A stretch of DNA of 64,000 bases from the NCBI GenBank assembly GCA_004431415.1, contig QPMI01000203.1, positions 94,641 through 158,640 of the forward strand. The letters run 5' to 3'. The notes below the pieces were generated by a model. The model had not been told where the DNA came from, did not search any database, and was given only the letters and a program-made list of their open reading frames with translations. This document shows positions 27,501 to 39,600 of the stretch, piece after piece (position 1 is the first letter of the stretch; each line of letters starts with the position of its first letter). Source of the stretch: Cyanophora paradoxa CCMP329 (Eukaryota; Plantae; Glaucophyta). Both the position numbers and the translations under genes were made by a program.

Positions 27501-28771
27501 CGGCCGCCGACCTCGCCGCCCTCGCCGCCGCCCTCGACGCCAAGGCCCGCCCGCCCGCCCGCCCGCCCGCCAGCGCCTGACGCCGCGCGCAGGGCCCGCC
27601 CCGCCCCTCCCTCCCTTCGACGCCGAGCCCTGGGCCCGCCCCCGACCTCCCCCGCCTTCCCGAGCCGGAGCCGGCAGCCGCTGCGGGACCGGGGGCGGGG
27701 CGGCGGGGCTGGGGCGGCATGGCCGCTGGGGGCGCTGCCGCTGGCGGCGATGGCGCGCTCGTCGCGGGCCTCCCGCCGGCCCCCGTCCCTCTGTGCGGCC
27801 CGCCCCGGCCCGCGTCCCCACCCGCTCACCCCACCCACAGTGGGCGGCGACGCGGCGCCGGCGGAGGAAGAAGAGGAGCCCGCCGCCCCCGTCCTCCTCG
27901 GCGCCCCGCCCCCCTCGCCCGCTCCGCGCCCCCGCCACCGCCGCCCCGGCCCCGCCACCGACCCGCCCCTTCCCCGCCCCCGCCCCGGCCCCACTCCCGT
28001 CCCAGCACCAACCTTGCCCCAACCCCGCCCCGGCCCCCGCTCCCACGTCCGCCCCGGCGCCGGCGCCGGTGGTGCCGAGCAGCCTTCCGGGGGCTCTGCT
28101 GCCCCCCGGCGCGGCGTTCAATGACGCCCCGACGCCGCACCGGGAGGCGCCGGCGGGGCCGTCCGCGTCGGAGGGGCCGGACGGGCGGGAGGGGCGCCCC
28201 CTCTACTGCTGGAGGTACCTGCAGGGGAAGGCGTGTGAGGCGCCGGGCTGCGAGCGGCTGCACGAGCGCCTCGACCGCGCCCGCTACTGCTTCAAGTTCC
28301 TCGCCGAGGGCGCTTGCCCCCGCGGGCCCGCCTGCGCCCTCTCCCACGAGCCGCCCCGCCCCGCCGCCCCCGCCGGGCCCGGCCTCCTCGGCTCCGCCCC
28401 ACCCCGCCCCCGCCCCCGCCCCCGCCCCTGCACCGCTGCCCGGTGGCGGGTACGGGCTGGGGGCGGCGGCGGGGCCGGGCGGCGGCGCGGGCCTGGCGGA
28501 TCTCCTCCAGTCGATCGTCTCCTCCGTCGCAGCCGCCAGCGCTAGCGCCCCCGCAGACCCCTTCCCAGCGCCGGCCCCTCACCCTTCCCCGGGCCCCGGG
28601 CCCGGCCCGGACTCTTGGGGCCACCAGCAGCCCCCCCGCGCCGCCTTCGGGCAGGGCTCAGGGGGCAAGTGGGAGCGGCAGGGGGCCGGCCGGTCGGCGC
28701 GCTCCTGCCACTTTTTTGCGCGCGGGGTGCCCTGCCCCTACGGCGACTCCTGCAAGTATCGGCACGCCTGA
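24505..28771 (+). CDS. Divergent JmjC/cupin-like protein with a Cys-rich zinc-binding region and three CCCH zinc fingers
   Basis: LQADLHLPPYL...GHAPLHVHAGGLWSWTFVAHGGPRLALLWPP...VEAGELLVIPAGWAHQF...AASADFL. Then CEECGRTIFSAHALCPAC. CCCH fingers: CWRYLQGKACEAPGCERLH, CFKFLAEGACPRGPACALSH, CHFFARGVPCPYGDSCKYRH. Confidence 0.6.
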
Positions 28772-28984
28772 CCCCACGGTGCCAGGCCTTCGTGGCGCTC
28801 ATTAAAATTGACGGCTTTGCAATCAATACCGCGTGCACGTATACGTAGGAAGTTCGCGAGGGCTCCTTCATGTGCATGATCAGTTCGCGAGTGTACCCCG
28901 CGGCCGCGGCGCCCGGGCGCCGACTTGCGTGAGCTATAAGCCTGCAGCTGCCAAATGACCTCACGATCACGCCCTTTGTGCGGG

Positions 28985-31441
28985 ATGAGCGCTGCTGCGC
29001 CCATCGAAATCGAATCCGACAGCGGTGCGGCGCTAGCGCGGCGCGGGCTGCCACCGATCGATGGAATTTAAAAAAACAAATTCGCGCACGCAGACGATGG
29101 CGAGGGGAGGCTGTCGACGCCAAAGAAAGCGAGATGCGACATTGAAGACAGAGCGCCTGCGTCGGTGCCTGCTGCAGCGCTGCCCGCGCTGGCGCCTCCT
29201 GCTGCGCTGCCCGCGCCGGCATCCATCGGCACGAAGGGCGCGCCGGCGCCGCCAGCAGCGAGCTCCAAGGATCCCGCGCCTCGAGCACTTGCGCATATGC
29301 ATGCAGGCGATGTGCTCTTCTTGAACCAAACCGGCGACGACGACGACCGCTCGGCCCGCACTGTGTCGCTGGAACAAGTCGTGCACCCGCCGTGGCCGGT
29401 TTGTTCCCCAGCCTCGCGCGCGTACGCGTGCACAGTTGGGGTGATCGTGACGGGCGCAGGGAGGCGTGCTAAAAGCGCTCGTCTCAAGCGGGCCGGTGGC
29501 GCGCGGCAATCTCTGGGGATCGATATCCGGTCCCAGGCCTGATGTAGGGCGCGACGCAGATCGACCCGTCACTTATTGAGAAGCACTTCCCGCCCCCGAT
29601 CAAGCTTACGGTCGTACATGATCGCGATGCCCTCGAACCGGACGTGCGCGCCTCACCTTAGTTTTTCGACCTGCCTCCATCGCGAATCCGCCATGCTCCG
29701 CCATGCCAGCGCTGACGCATTGGGCAGGCGCCCGCACGGCGACAGCTTGAGAAGCTGAAAAGGGACGCGCGCGTGACGACTGTGTCGCCGGTGAAAGGCA
29801 AAATCATGCACGCGAAGCTGATGTTGATCGAGGGGCACGAGGTGAGTGCAAGTGCTGCCCGCCCGCCCGCCGGCAGCGCGCGCCGCAGCAGACACGCCGT
29901 GCAGCGCCTGCGGGTCGTGATTACCTCGGCGAACTTCGGGTCGTTGGACTGGTACAAGCTCTCGCAGGCAAGCCGCCGCAGGCGCTGGACAGCTCTACAG
30001 CTAGAGCTGTGAAACGCGACTTGCGTGCATCCCTCCACGGCCGCCGCATCTAAGCAACGGCTCCCGCTGCGCGCAGAACGTGTACATGCAGGACTTCGAG
30101 AAGCGCACGGACAAGTCCGAGAGCGACGTCGAGGAGTTCGGCGTCTACCTCGTCAAGTTCCTCGAGGAGCTCGGCGCGAAGTGGGACTTCGGCAAATGGC
30201 TCGAGATCCATGCGACGTTTGATTTCTCCCCGGCTAAGGCCCGCCCTGCCCTCTCCACTGCCCGCCGCTGCCTGCTGTCGCTCATTCCGAGCGGCGCTGG
30301 AGGGCAGGTGAAGCTGGTGGCGACGGTACCCGGCAAACACTCTGAGAACGACCTCCACAAGTGGGGTGCGCGCGCGCCATTGCTTTGATGCGTGCCTTCG
30401 CCGCTCGAAGGACGCGCAGGCCAACTCAGGCTCGCGGAGGTCATGGCGGGGTACGCGCCTTTCCTTCGTTCCCACACCCCCCCCCCCCCCCCCTCTTCCT
30501 CGACCCTCCTCAAAGATAAACCGTGCTGAAGCTTAGCCACGCCTCTCCGCAGCACTCTCGGGGAGGACACCCTCTACTACCAGTCGCCCTGCGCCGGCCA
30601 GCTCACGCCCGAGGCGCGGAGTGCGGTTTCTTTCGGCCGCGCCGCCCGCCGACCCGTTCCCCAGTTCTGCGCGCAGTTCTGCCTGTCCGCCGCGGGGGGG
30701 CCCGGCACCCACCGGTGCACGCCTTCGACGCTTTCGCTCGCCCCGCCCGCGCCGCCCGCTCACGCTGCAGGGCCGGGGGCAGGGATGCGGAGGGGGAGAA
30801 CCGGGCGGCCTCGTGCGAGAGGCCAGCTGCAGCGAGCGCTGCCGCCCTCGAGCTTCGAGTCGTTCTCACGGCCTCGTCGGTGGCCAATGTGTCGCGCTAC
30901 GGCCCGGAAGGCCCGCCGCCGCCCCGCCCGCCCTCCTCTCGCTCAACGTTCAACGCCTCGCTCGCCGCCCCCCCCCCCCCCCCCCGCCCCCTCCTCTACG
31001 CAGACCGCGGTTATGTCGGACAGTCGCGGAAGCTGTACGAGAAGGCGACCTTCCCCAAGGCCGCCGTGTTCCAGGCGGTGCGCGTGCAGGCGCATCCCGA
31101 GGCTGCGCGTGCGGGGGCTGATCGGCGGGCGGCAGGAGGCGGTGAGGCCGTCGCGGGCGCGGGTGCTCATGCACAGCAAGGTCCTCGCGCGGGGCGGCGC
31201 GCTGCTCTACGAGGGGAGCGCGAACTTCTCCAAGGCCGCGTGGGGCGAGCTGCGCAAGGACCGCACCGAACTCGACGCCTCGGCTTGCAACTACGAGCTC
31301 GGCGTGGCGTTCCCCGGGGGCCTGGAGCCCGCCCTCAGCAGCGAGGTCCTCCCCTTCAAGATCCCCCCGAGGCCCTACGGGCCGCGCGACAGCCCCTGGT
31401 TCGACGTTCACTCGCGTCGCGCGGAGGATCCCGAACTATAG
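28985..31441 (+). CDS. TDP1: Tyrosyl-DNA phosphodiesterase 1 family (two HxK...N motifs)
   Basis: MHAKLML...LRVVITSAN...DW...QNVYMQDF, FDFS...KLVATVPG, LMHSKV...GSANFSKAAWG...NYELGV...LPF...PY...PW. In-frame alternative ATG at 28955. Confidence 0.9.
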
Positions 31442-32497
31442 AGAGTCCCCGCCGGCCGGCGTCGCCTCCTCGGCTTCGAGCCTATCTATAGCTAGTTGCT
31501 GATCATCATGGCATGATCATGAGCTAACATCGATATCTCAAGTGTGTGCACAAATTCGAATGTCGAGTGCCGCAGTGCCGCACAGCCCGGCGGCCTGCGC
31601 ATGCACTGCCTTCCAACTTCCGAAGTTCCGAAGTACTAGTTCAACGGTTCCCGGGCCCGGGGCACTGCGGCACGCGGGAAACTTGAAAATCGTGCCACGG
31701 TGAAACCTTGAACCTTTGAGAACTCAGTGACTTGACTCGCCGAGTCGGTGCCACCGTGGCACGGCCGCGGAGCCCGGGCCTTGCAATTGATCATGAGGCC
31801 CTGATCATGAGGCTACTAGGCTAGGAGCTCAGCTGGCAGGGCCTCAGCGGCCTGCAGCTGCGGAGACCGTCGGACTGAGCCTCGGAGGCTCCGGATCCGA
31901 GGCTCGGGCCCGGGGGGCCCTGGGGAATCTCGATCATCGGATAGTCGGACCCGATGACCCCCGGGCCCCTCCGAAGCCTCAGGGCCTCGCGACTCGGCGA
32001 TCGGGCCTTTGAAGTTTCAAGTTTGCCAAAGTTGGGCCCCATCGGCCGGAGCCTCGGAGGCCCTGACGCCTGCCGCACTGGCCCCCAGTGGGCCGGTGCC
32101 ATGCATGTGGAGAGTCATTGGGGACCGCATCATGGCATCCCGCCGGCGCGGCCGCAGTCCCTCCTCGGGCCTGGCCTCCGAGGCTCGGAGTCTCAGATCA
32201 TCGGATCTAGCCTACTAGGCTAGTAGCCTAGTAGCCTAGTAGATCAGAGTCTGCCAAGCCTGATCATGATCCGATTCAATTTGATTGACTTCAGTTGAAA
32301 ATGTCAGCTGCCGCGTGCAGCCGCTGATCATGAGCTTCAATCTGATTATCTCCCAAAACCCGGCCAGGCCCGTCAATCACTGCACTTTCACTGTGGTCGA
32401 CGAGAACGAGCATATTAAAGGGCGCGCGGGGCGGGAGACTTCAGAGGAGGGGGGAAGGAGTGAAGGCTCGCGCTTGTTGATCGCCCCGCCTCGGCTG

Positions 32498-34615
32498 CTA
32501 GATGTCGATCTCGTTGGGGTCGCTCAGCGCGGATGCGGTGGGGGCGGGGCCAGGCGGGCCCCCGGCGTGCTCCGGGCCGCCCTCGCCCTCGCCGCCGCCC
32601 TCGCCGTCGCTGCGGACGTCGTCGTCGTCGCTGGGGTCGCCGGGGGGGCCCTCGGCGGGGGGCGGCGCGTCCACGGCCCCGTAGTCGTCCTCGAGGAGCG
32701 CCCGCTGCAGCTCCTCCGCCGGCGCCCCCGCCCCGCCAGCCGCGGCCGCTTCACCACGCTCCGCGCCAGCCACGAGCCGGCCCGCCGCCGGCATCGGCGT
32801 GGGGCCCGGGGCCCGGGAGGAAGTGGGGCGGGGCGGGGCCGCGGGGGCCCGCGAGGCGGGCGGCGAGGTCCTCGGCGAAGAGGTGCGGCAGCTCGAGCAG
32901 CCGCAGCAGCGCGTCCATCTGCGGGTTGCTCAGCGGCCCTGCCCGCCCCGCCCCGACCCGTCAGCGCCCCGCCCCGTCCGCCCCGCGCAACGGCGCCGTC
33001 GCGGGCGCACGGGGCGGGACGCCGCGGCGGCGAGCGTGCGGCTCGTAGGGGGTACGGTGATGGCGAAGTTCTGGGGCACGAGGGCGGGGCGGGGCCCTCC
33101 GCGGGGGCGTCGGAGGGGCCCGGGAGGGCGGCGAGGCGCGCGGCGACGGCCTCGACCTCGTCGGGCGTGGGCGGTAGTCGGGGCGGTCGGGCCGGGGGGC
33201 CCGGGCGGGGCAGGCGGGCGGGGGCGCGGGAGAGGGAGATGAGGGCGTGGGTGCTGCGGAGGACGGCGAGCCACTCGGGGTCGTACTCGACCGCCAGCGG
33301 CCCGCGCGCCTCGCCCACGTCGACCACCTGCCGCCCCGCCCGCTCGCCCGGGGCCGCCGGCGGGGCGGGCGGGGAGGGGGCGGGGGCGGGCGCCTGGAGG
33401 AAGTCGCGGCGGGGGAGGCACTTGTCGAGGGCGAGGAAGCGCGTCACCCGCCGCTCCCGTGCCGCACCGCCGCCGCGAACTGCCCCCCCTCAGACCCCCG
33501 CCCCCCGCGCTCCCGGCGGGGGCGCGCGCCTTGACGTGGAGGTGGGCGGAGAACCACCAGCGCGGCTGCAGCGCCTGCAGCAGCTCCGTCGCGGGGGCCG
33601 ACCCCAGCGACCCGTCCTCCACCTGCGCCCCCGTCGCCCCCGCCGCCCCCGCCGCGGCGAGCTGGCGGGCGGGCGGGCCTCGGAGCGGAGGAAGGGCTTG
33701 CGGCGGAGGAGGCCGGCCGTGTCGCCGAAGTGGGCGATGCCGCGGGGCCAGTCGTGGCTCAGAAAGACGTCCACCGGGCCCGTCAGCTGCACGCCCCGCC
33801 TGAGCCGGGGGACGGGGGCCGGCGGCGTGGGGGAGGGGAGGGGAGGGGGGGGGGGGGGGGGGGGGGGGGGCGGGGGCGAGAAGGGATGGGCGGGCCTGCT
33901 TGAGGCGGAAGACCTCGAGCTCGCGCACGTGGTACGCGCTCCGCATCTCCCCCTCCCCGTACGGCGCCCGTTCGAAGTGCCCTGCGCCCCGCGGCGCTCG
34001 CGCGGGGCGGGGGGAGCGGGGGCCGGGGCGGGCGCGCCGAGGCGGTAGTGGTTCTCCTTGAAGATCCCCGAGAGGCCGGCGATGCGGAGGCCCCCGAAGC
34101 GCACCACCCCCGCGTACCCCAGGAAGTAGATGTTCGGGCAGACCCAGCCCCCGTAGTACCTGGCCCCGCACCCCTCGGCGCCACGCATCGCGCCTCGCGA
34201 GGGCCGGCGACGCGCACAGCTCCCACATGTGATTCGAGGCCTCGTGGTTGCCCCCGATGAAGATCGTCGGGACGGGGGCGCGCAGCTCGCCAGAGTAGTA
34301 CTTGTAGAACGAGTTCATGCTCCGGTACTTCGCCGGGCACGCGAGACACGTGAGGTCGTCCTCATTGCGCACGGCCTGTGACCCAGTGTCGTTGGCTGTA
34401 GAGCGTGCATGCGGCGGCCGCGCGGACCTGGAAGTCACCGCAGCAGAGCAGCAAGTCAATTTTGACGCTCTGCGTCCGCTCGATGTGCTCGATAGACGCG
34501 TAGATGCGCTCGAGGTCGCCGTGGGCGCATCCCTCGACCGCGATCTGCCCGCGGCGCATTCGGCAGCACGTCAGCGTCATAGACGACGCGCGTACTCATG
34601 GAAACGTACCAGCAT
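32498..34615 (-). CDS. DBR1: RNA lariat debranching enzyme
   Basis: ML|[11 protein letters not shown]...LLCCGDFQ|AVRN...[10 protein letters not shown]...[12 protein letters not shown]...LSHDWP...WFSAHLHVK...[17 protein letters not shown]; C-terminus DPNEIDI. Confidence 0.97.
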
Positions 34616-34702
34616 CGCGAGACTGCTGCCTGCCTATGATGTACCCGGCCAGTGCGGTGCATTCGGTGCAAACTAGCCTTAGCCTAGGAAGTGAAACTCG
34701 CC
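34616..34702. promoter_or_regulatory. 87-bp divergent interval between DBR1 and the acidic orphan gene, containing GTACCC
   Basis: ATGs at 34615 (-) and 34703 (+). GTACCC at 34641-34646. Confidence 0.6.
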
Positions 34703-35487
34703 ATGTCGCTCGTCGCCAACTCCAGCGCCGGTGAGCCGATTTACCGGGCTTCATTAGCTGCATCGATCGATCCCGTCTGCGCAGGCTATCACCTGCAGCC
34801 GAGCAACCTCCGCGGGGACACTGTGGACACCGTAAGCTGGCCGCGGGGCCTTCTGTCGGTTTCGTGCACCCTTTAAAGGTCGTTTTTGCAGGAGCACTAC
34901 ACCGGCGGCGACGGCTTCGATGGTTTCGGGGTTCGTGCCGCCTGTCGCGGTCCGTTATTGCTCCGGTAACGCCCAGTCTCGCACCGCGCAGTCGTCCCTA
35001 CTTGATTTCCACTCGGCCGAGGAGGTTTCGGTGCGGTCTTTCGATGCTTTATGCACCCGCCCGTCAAGAAGCGGCGGCGGTTGCTTGCGCGTAGCTACCG
35101 GCCAGTTTCCGACTAGCACGCTGCCGCCCGTCCAAATTCTTTCTCTTTGCGGTTTGATTGACGTTTGCTTTCTTCTTTTCAGGACGCCGTTGCGAACGGC
35201 CACCTCGTGCGTGTTTCCGTAGGTTGCGGTGTGCTCGCATGATCTGACAGGTGAACCCGCAGGCGCATCGCGCTTTGATCCAGGAGCTCAGCATGGTGGA
35301 CATTCCCAAGGCCGGCCCGACCGCCTACAGCAAGGCGGCGCCCCTCCAGACCACCCTCTCGCCGAAGTCGTTCCAGCAGGACGAGGCCACCCTCTTCGTC
35401 GAGGAGGGCGCGTCGGAGGAGGTTTTCGAGGCGCACAGCGAGGTGTTCGAGGAGAGCTTCGAGGTGGACGCTGTCTCCCTCCTGTAA
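34703..35487 (+). CDS. Small acidic protein of unknown function, six exons
   Basis: Exons 34703-34730, 34785-34831, 34892-34930, 34992-35030, 35183-35206 and 35251-35487, joined by GT-AG introns, give one open frame: MSLVANSSAGYHLQP...EESFEVDAVSLL. Confidence 0.55.
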
Positions 35488-36182
35488 ACGTCCGCCCCTG
35501 GCGGAGCGAGCTTAGAGAACCGTCGCGCGCCCGACGTCCTCTTCTCGGTCGTAGCGTGCAGGAGGACTAGCGACGGTCCCTCTATGTGCGAATACAAACA
35601 GTTTGTCCTCATTCGTGTGCCAGTGCGGATCCTGAGAGTTTTATCCTGACGGGCGCCAGCAGTCCGATTGGGTGGGAGTCTGGCTTCGCGGCAGCCGCAT
35701 GCGCAGATCTAATCGTACTCGCAAAAAGGAGCTAACTTGTAAACGTCACACTCGGTGCCGCGTGGACGTCGACTCTGCACAAGTTCGAAGTTCTTGATGA
35801 TCATAACTAGTAACACCGTTTGAACACTGCGCATGCATTGCAGCATGCGCCAAGTCCACGCCGGCGCACGCAGGCTGGCCTAGTAGGCGAGCGAGAGCGC
35901 ATGGTACGGGGTAGCCAAGCGCGCCGGCCATAACACGCGCGCCATGTAGCTAACGGCACTGTAGTAACCGGAGCCTCGACGCAGCAGTGTCAAAGAACGC
36001 TCGGGACCCTCGGAGGCTCGGATCCCAGACGGGGTACGGCCATTCGACCGGGGTACACGTCTTTTATCCCTTTTTGGCCGCACTTCGCACCAGTACTAGC
36101 GGACGGCGGCGAGCGTCAACTTGCAGCGTCCGCGTTAAGATAAGCTCCTGTGTCGAACGAAGCAGCGAACAGGCCCGGAGCG

Positions 36183-37191
36183 ATGTTCAAGAACACGTTT
36201 CAGTCGGGCTTCCTGTCCATCTTGTACAGTATCGGGTGCGTTGCATAGAGAGAGCTTGGAGCATTGACAAAAGCTTAGCTACGATCGGTTGCCCCGCCCG
36301 TGTCGCTGGCCGTGGCGTTCCGGCTATTTCGGGTCGCTAACCTCTGACGCGCTCCGCCTCGCAGGAGCAAGCCGCTCCAGATTTGGGACAAGAAAGGTAC
36401 GCGCGGCTTCGCCGATCCTTCACTGTGCGCCCGGAGCTGACCATTCTCGGCGCTCCTTTTCACAGTGAGGAATGGCCATATCAAGCGCATCACGGACCAA
36501 GATATCCAGTCGAGCGTGCTGGAGATCATGGGCACAAACGTGAGCACCAACTACATCACCTGCCCGGCCGACCCTCAGAAGACGCTCGGCATCAAGCTCC
36601 CCTTCCTTGTGATGATCATCAAGAACGTGCGACCGCTCAGTCCTATGTGTGGCTGTCAGAGCTGATGCAGGGAGCCGCAGTTGAAGAAATACTTCACGTT
36701 CGAGGTCCAGGTGCTCGATGACAAGAACGTGCGCCGGCGCTTCCGTGCGTCGAACTACCAGGTCTGCGCCGCATTCGCTATTGCGTTCTACAGTTTCCAG
36801 GTCGCTGAACGTTTTTTCCAGAGCACGACGCGTGTGAAGCCTTTCATCTGCACGATGCCCATGCGCCTGGACGAGGGCTGGAACCAGATCCAGTTCAACC
36901 TTAGCGACTTCACCCGGCGTGCATACGGCACGAATTACATCGAGACACTTCGTGTGCAGGTGTGGTCCGATGTGGCGCGCTGTTTGTCTTTCCCAGGGTT
37001 TACCCATTTCTTTTCAGATTCACGCTAACTGCCGCATCCGGAGAATATACTTTTCCGACCGCCTGTACTCCGAGGAGGAGCTCCCTCCGGAGTTCAAGCT
37101 CTTCCTCCCGATCCAGGTTTGCAACCGGCCGTCCCCACACCCGTCCTTCCTTCCACATCCCTGACGCGCTTTTCTCTTGCAGAAGCAGTAG
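36183..37191 (+). CDS. CFAP20: Cilia- and flagella-associated protein 20 (BUG22/FAP20)
   Basis: [36 protein letters not shown]...[68 protein letters not shown]...[30 protein letters not shown]. Confidence 0.98.
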
Positions 37192-37748
37192 ACATCCGTC
37201 TATGCGGAGGCCTCCAGCAAGTCCTAATCATTTTCGCCGCCATCGATTCACTCGTCCCATGCCGGGAATCCGTGCAGCCTCCAGTGCTCTTGCATCTCAG
37301 AAATCTAGTTGTGTACAGCACATTCGGCATTGGAGGGTTTCAACAGGGGATGGTGTGAAAGACTAGGATCTTAAATGCAACTCGGAAAAAGGAATGTAGA
37401 CTCTGAAAAGTGTGAAAGAAGAGCTCGCAGCGCGCCCTCTGCAGCTGCATGCAGCAGATCTAGAATTCGAAGCTGTGTTATGCACAGCAAACGTTGGACT
37501 CGGAACATACCCATGATCATGATCATGAGGGTTTTGAATTCGAAGCTTAAGTTCCTATAGCTAGTAAGAGAGCTCGAGGGGGCCCTGCAACTGGCCGGGC
37601 GGGGGGTACCGTGAACTACGGCCGATCAAAGGAGCGCGCGCGTGGCCGGAGAAACGCATTTGAAGGCAGCTGCAGCAGGCGTTACAGCGCGTTCCACCAC
37701 TTGCGGCGAGGCGAGAGCGTGCGCGCGCGCGGCGATCGACCCCTTTCG

Positions 37749-39207
37749 ATGTTTGGAAGGTACTCGGCGCTCTAGGCGGCACTCGACCCGGGAAACGAGA
37801 GCGCGGGGCGGGTCGGGTCTCGATCCAAGAGTTGTTGGGGACGCTGACATGACGTTTGCAGGCCTAGCAAGCCCCAATTCGCCAAGGCGCAGGCCGATCT
37901 TCGGAACAAGGAGGCGGTTCTCTATGATCAGTGCGCGTCTCCTTGCACGCCTCTCTTCGAGAAATGACTCGAGGTGCAATGTACAGGTACTACTCGAACA
38001 ACCGACTGCGCAGCATCGAAAGCCAGATCCAGCGTGAGCGCCAGGTGTGCGAGCGCAGACCCCCTCGAGATCCGATCGTCACACACGAACTCCGACGTGT
38101 ATGCACTTCTGACTTAGTTCCGCAGCTGTACCTCAAGCAGCACGGCAACACGCCCGCTGTGACGGTGGGCGGCCAGGCGCGCGCTCCGCACGGCACCGTA
38201 GCGCCGGGGTCTCCCGGGGCGCTGCCGTCGACACCGCCAGCTTCGGCCACCGTGCGGGCAAGGGAAGCGCCGGCTGTGACCGCTGCCCGCGTCACCGCGC
38301 CCGTTCCGGCCGGCCCCCGTGCGCCGGCTGCCACCCCGGCGGCTCCCGCGGGCGCTCAGCCTGCGCGAGGCGCCCCTGTGGGGGTGACGATGGTGAAGGA
38401 GAGCCGGCCGGCGCCGCCGCCGGGGCGGGGCATCCAGCTAGTCGACCCCCAGACGGGGAAGCCGCTCCCGCAGAGCCCCGGGCGCGCGCCCCTGGCCGCC
38501 CAGGCCAAGGGCGCCTGGCCGACCTCGCCGGGCGGCTACGGGCAGCAGTACGGCGCACAGTACGGCCAGCAGCAGGGGGCGTGGGGCCAGGGCGGGCGGG
38601 GCGCCCCGCCGCAGCAGTTCCAGATCGGGGCGCCGCACTCGCAGTACGCGCTGGCGCCGGCAGCGCCGCCGCCGGCCCCCGCGGCGCGGCCCGACCGGGT
38701 CTTCGTGCCCTCGGGGGAGGCCCTCGCGCCGTTCCTCGCCGCCACCCTGGACCCCGCCCGCCTCCGCTGGGAGTACTCCTCCGTCCTCCCGCCCCGCCCC
38801 CGGCCCCGCGCCCCCGTCCCCGCCTCCCCGGGCCCGCTCTCGGCTCCCCGCCGCCCCGAGACCGCCCCGGCCGCCCCAGTTCCGTCGGCCGCCGTCGCTG
38901 CCCCGGAGACGAGCCCCAGCGCGGCGCCGGCCGCCGCAGGCCCAGCGGCGACCACAGCGCCGCCCGGCGCGGCCCGGCGCCCGCGCCAGCGGCCACGTCT
39001 GCGCCTTCGGCGATGGTTCTGCAGCCGGCGCCTCTGACGGCGGCCTCCTCGAGCCCGAGCACACCCGCACCCGCTGCGCCCGCTGCGGCTGCCGGCGTGG
39101 GCGCCCCTGCGGCGGCGGCGGGGCCGGCGCCGGCCTCCTCCCTCGTCCTGCCGCTCCTCGAGCAGGCCTCCCCCTTCGCCCTCACCTTCGACCGCCAGAT
39201 CCCCTAG
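37749..39207 (+). CDS. Pro/Ala-rich protein of unknown function
   Basis: Spliced frame MFGR|PSKPQFAKAQADLRNKEAVLYDQ|YYSNNRLRSIESQIQRERQ|LYLKQHG... with consensus splice sites; C-terminus LPLLEQASPFALTFDRQIP. Confidence 0.5.
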
Positions 39208-39600
39208 GCCCCCGCACAGGCCATCTTGCGTCTTGATTGCCCGCCCAGCGCCAGCGGGGCCCTTCAAGGGGCCCGGCGGCCGCGCGCGTCGCATCGGCCC
39301 CCCTCAAGCTTCATATCTCCATGCATTCGGGGCTGTACGCTCGCTGTCGAATTCAACATAATTCCGGGTTGTAAACGTGTAGTTCGCACGTGCTCAATCG
39401 GGGCGGCGCCGGCCGAGGCGCGTCTGCGGCCACTGCAGCTGGGCGCCGACCAGCGATCCGATCATCGGCTGATCAAGCCGCCTGAGTCAAGCCTCAAGCC
39501 TCAAGCTTGAAGCTCTAGCTCGCGGTGCTTCGCGCAGTTAACGTTTGCGCTCTAGATCTCGCCCGCAGATCTAGATATAGACAGCGGCCGCGGTGCGGGC

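Noticed and set aside
28985-34615. TDP1 and DBR1 as a functional phosphodiesterase cluster
   Set aside because: Convergent housekeeping genes from unrelated families; adjacency in a gene-dense eukaryote is not evidence of a system.
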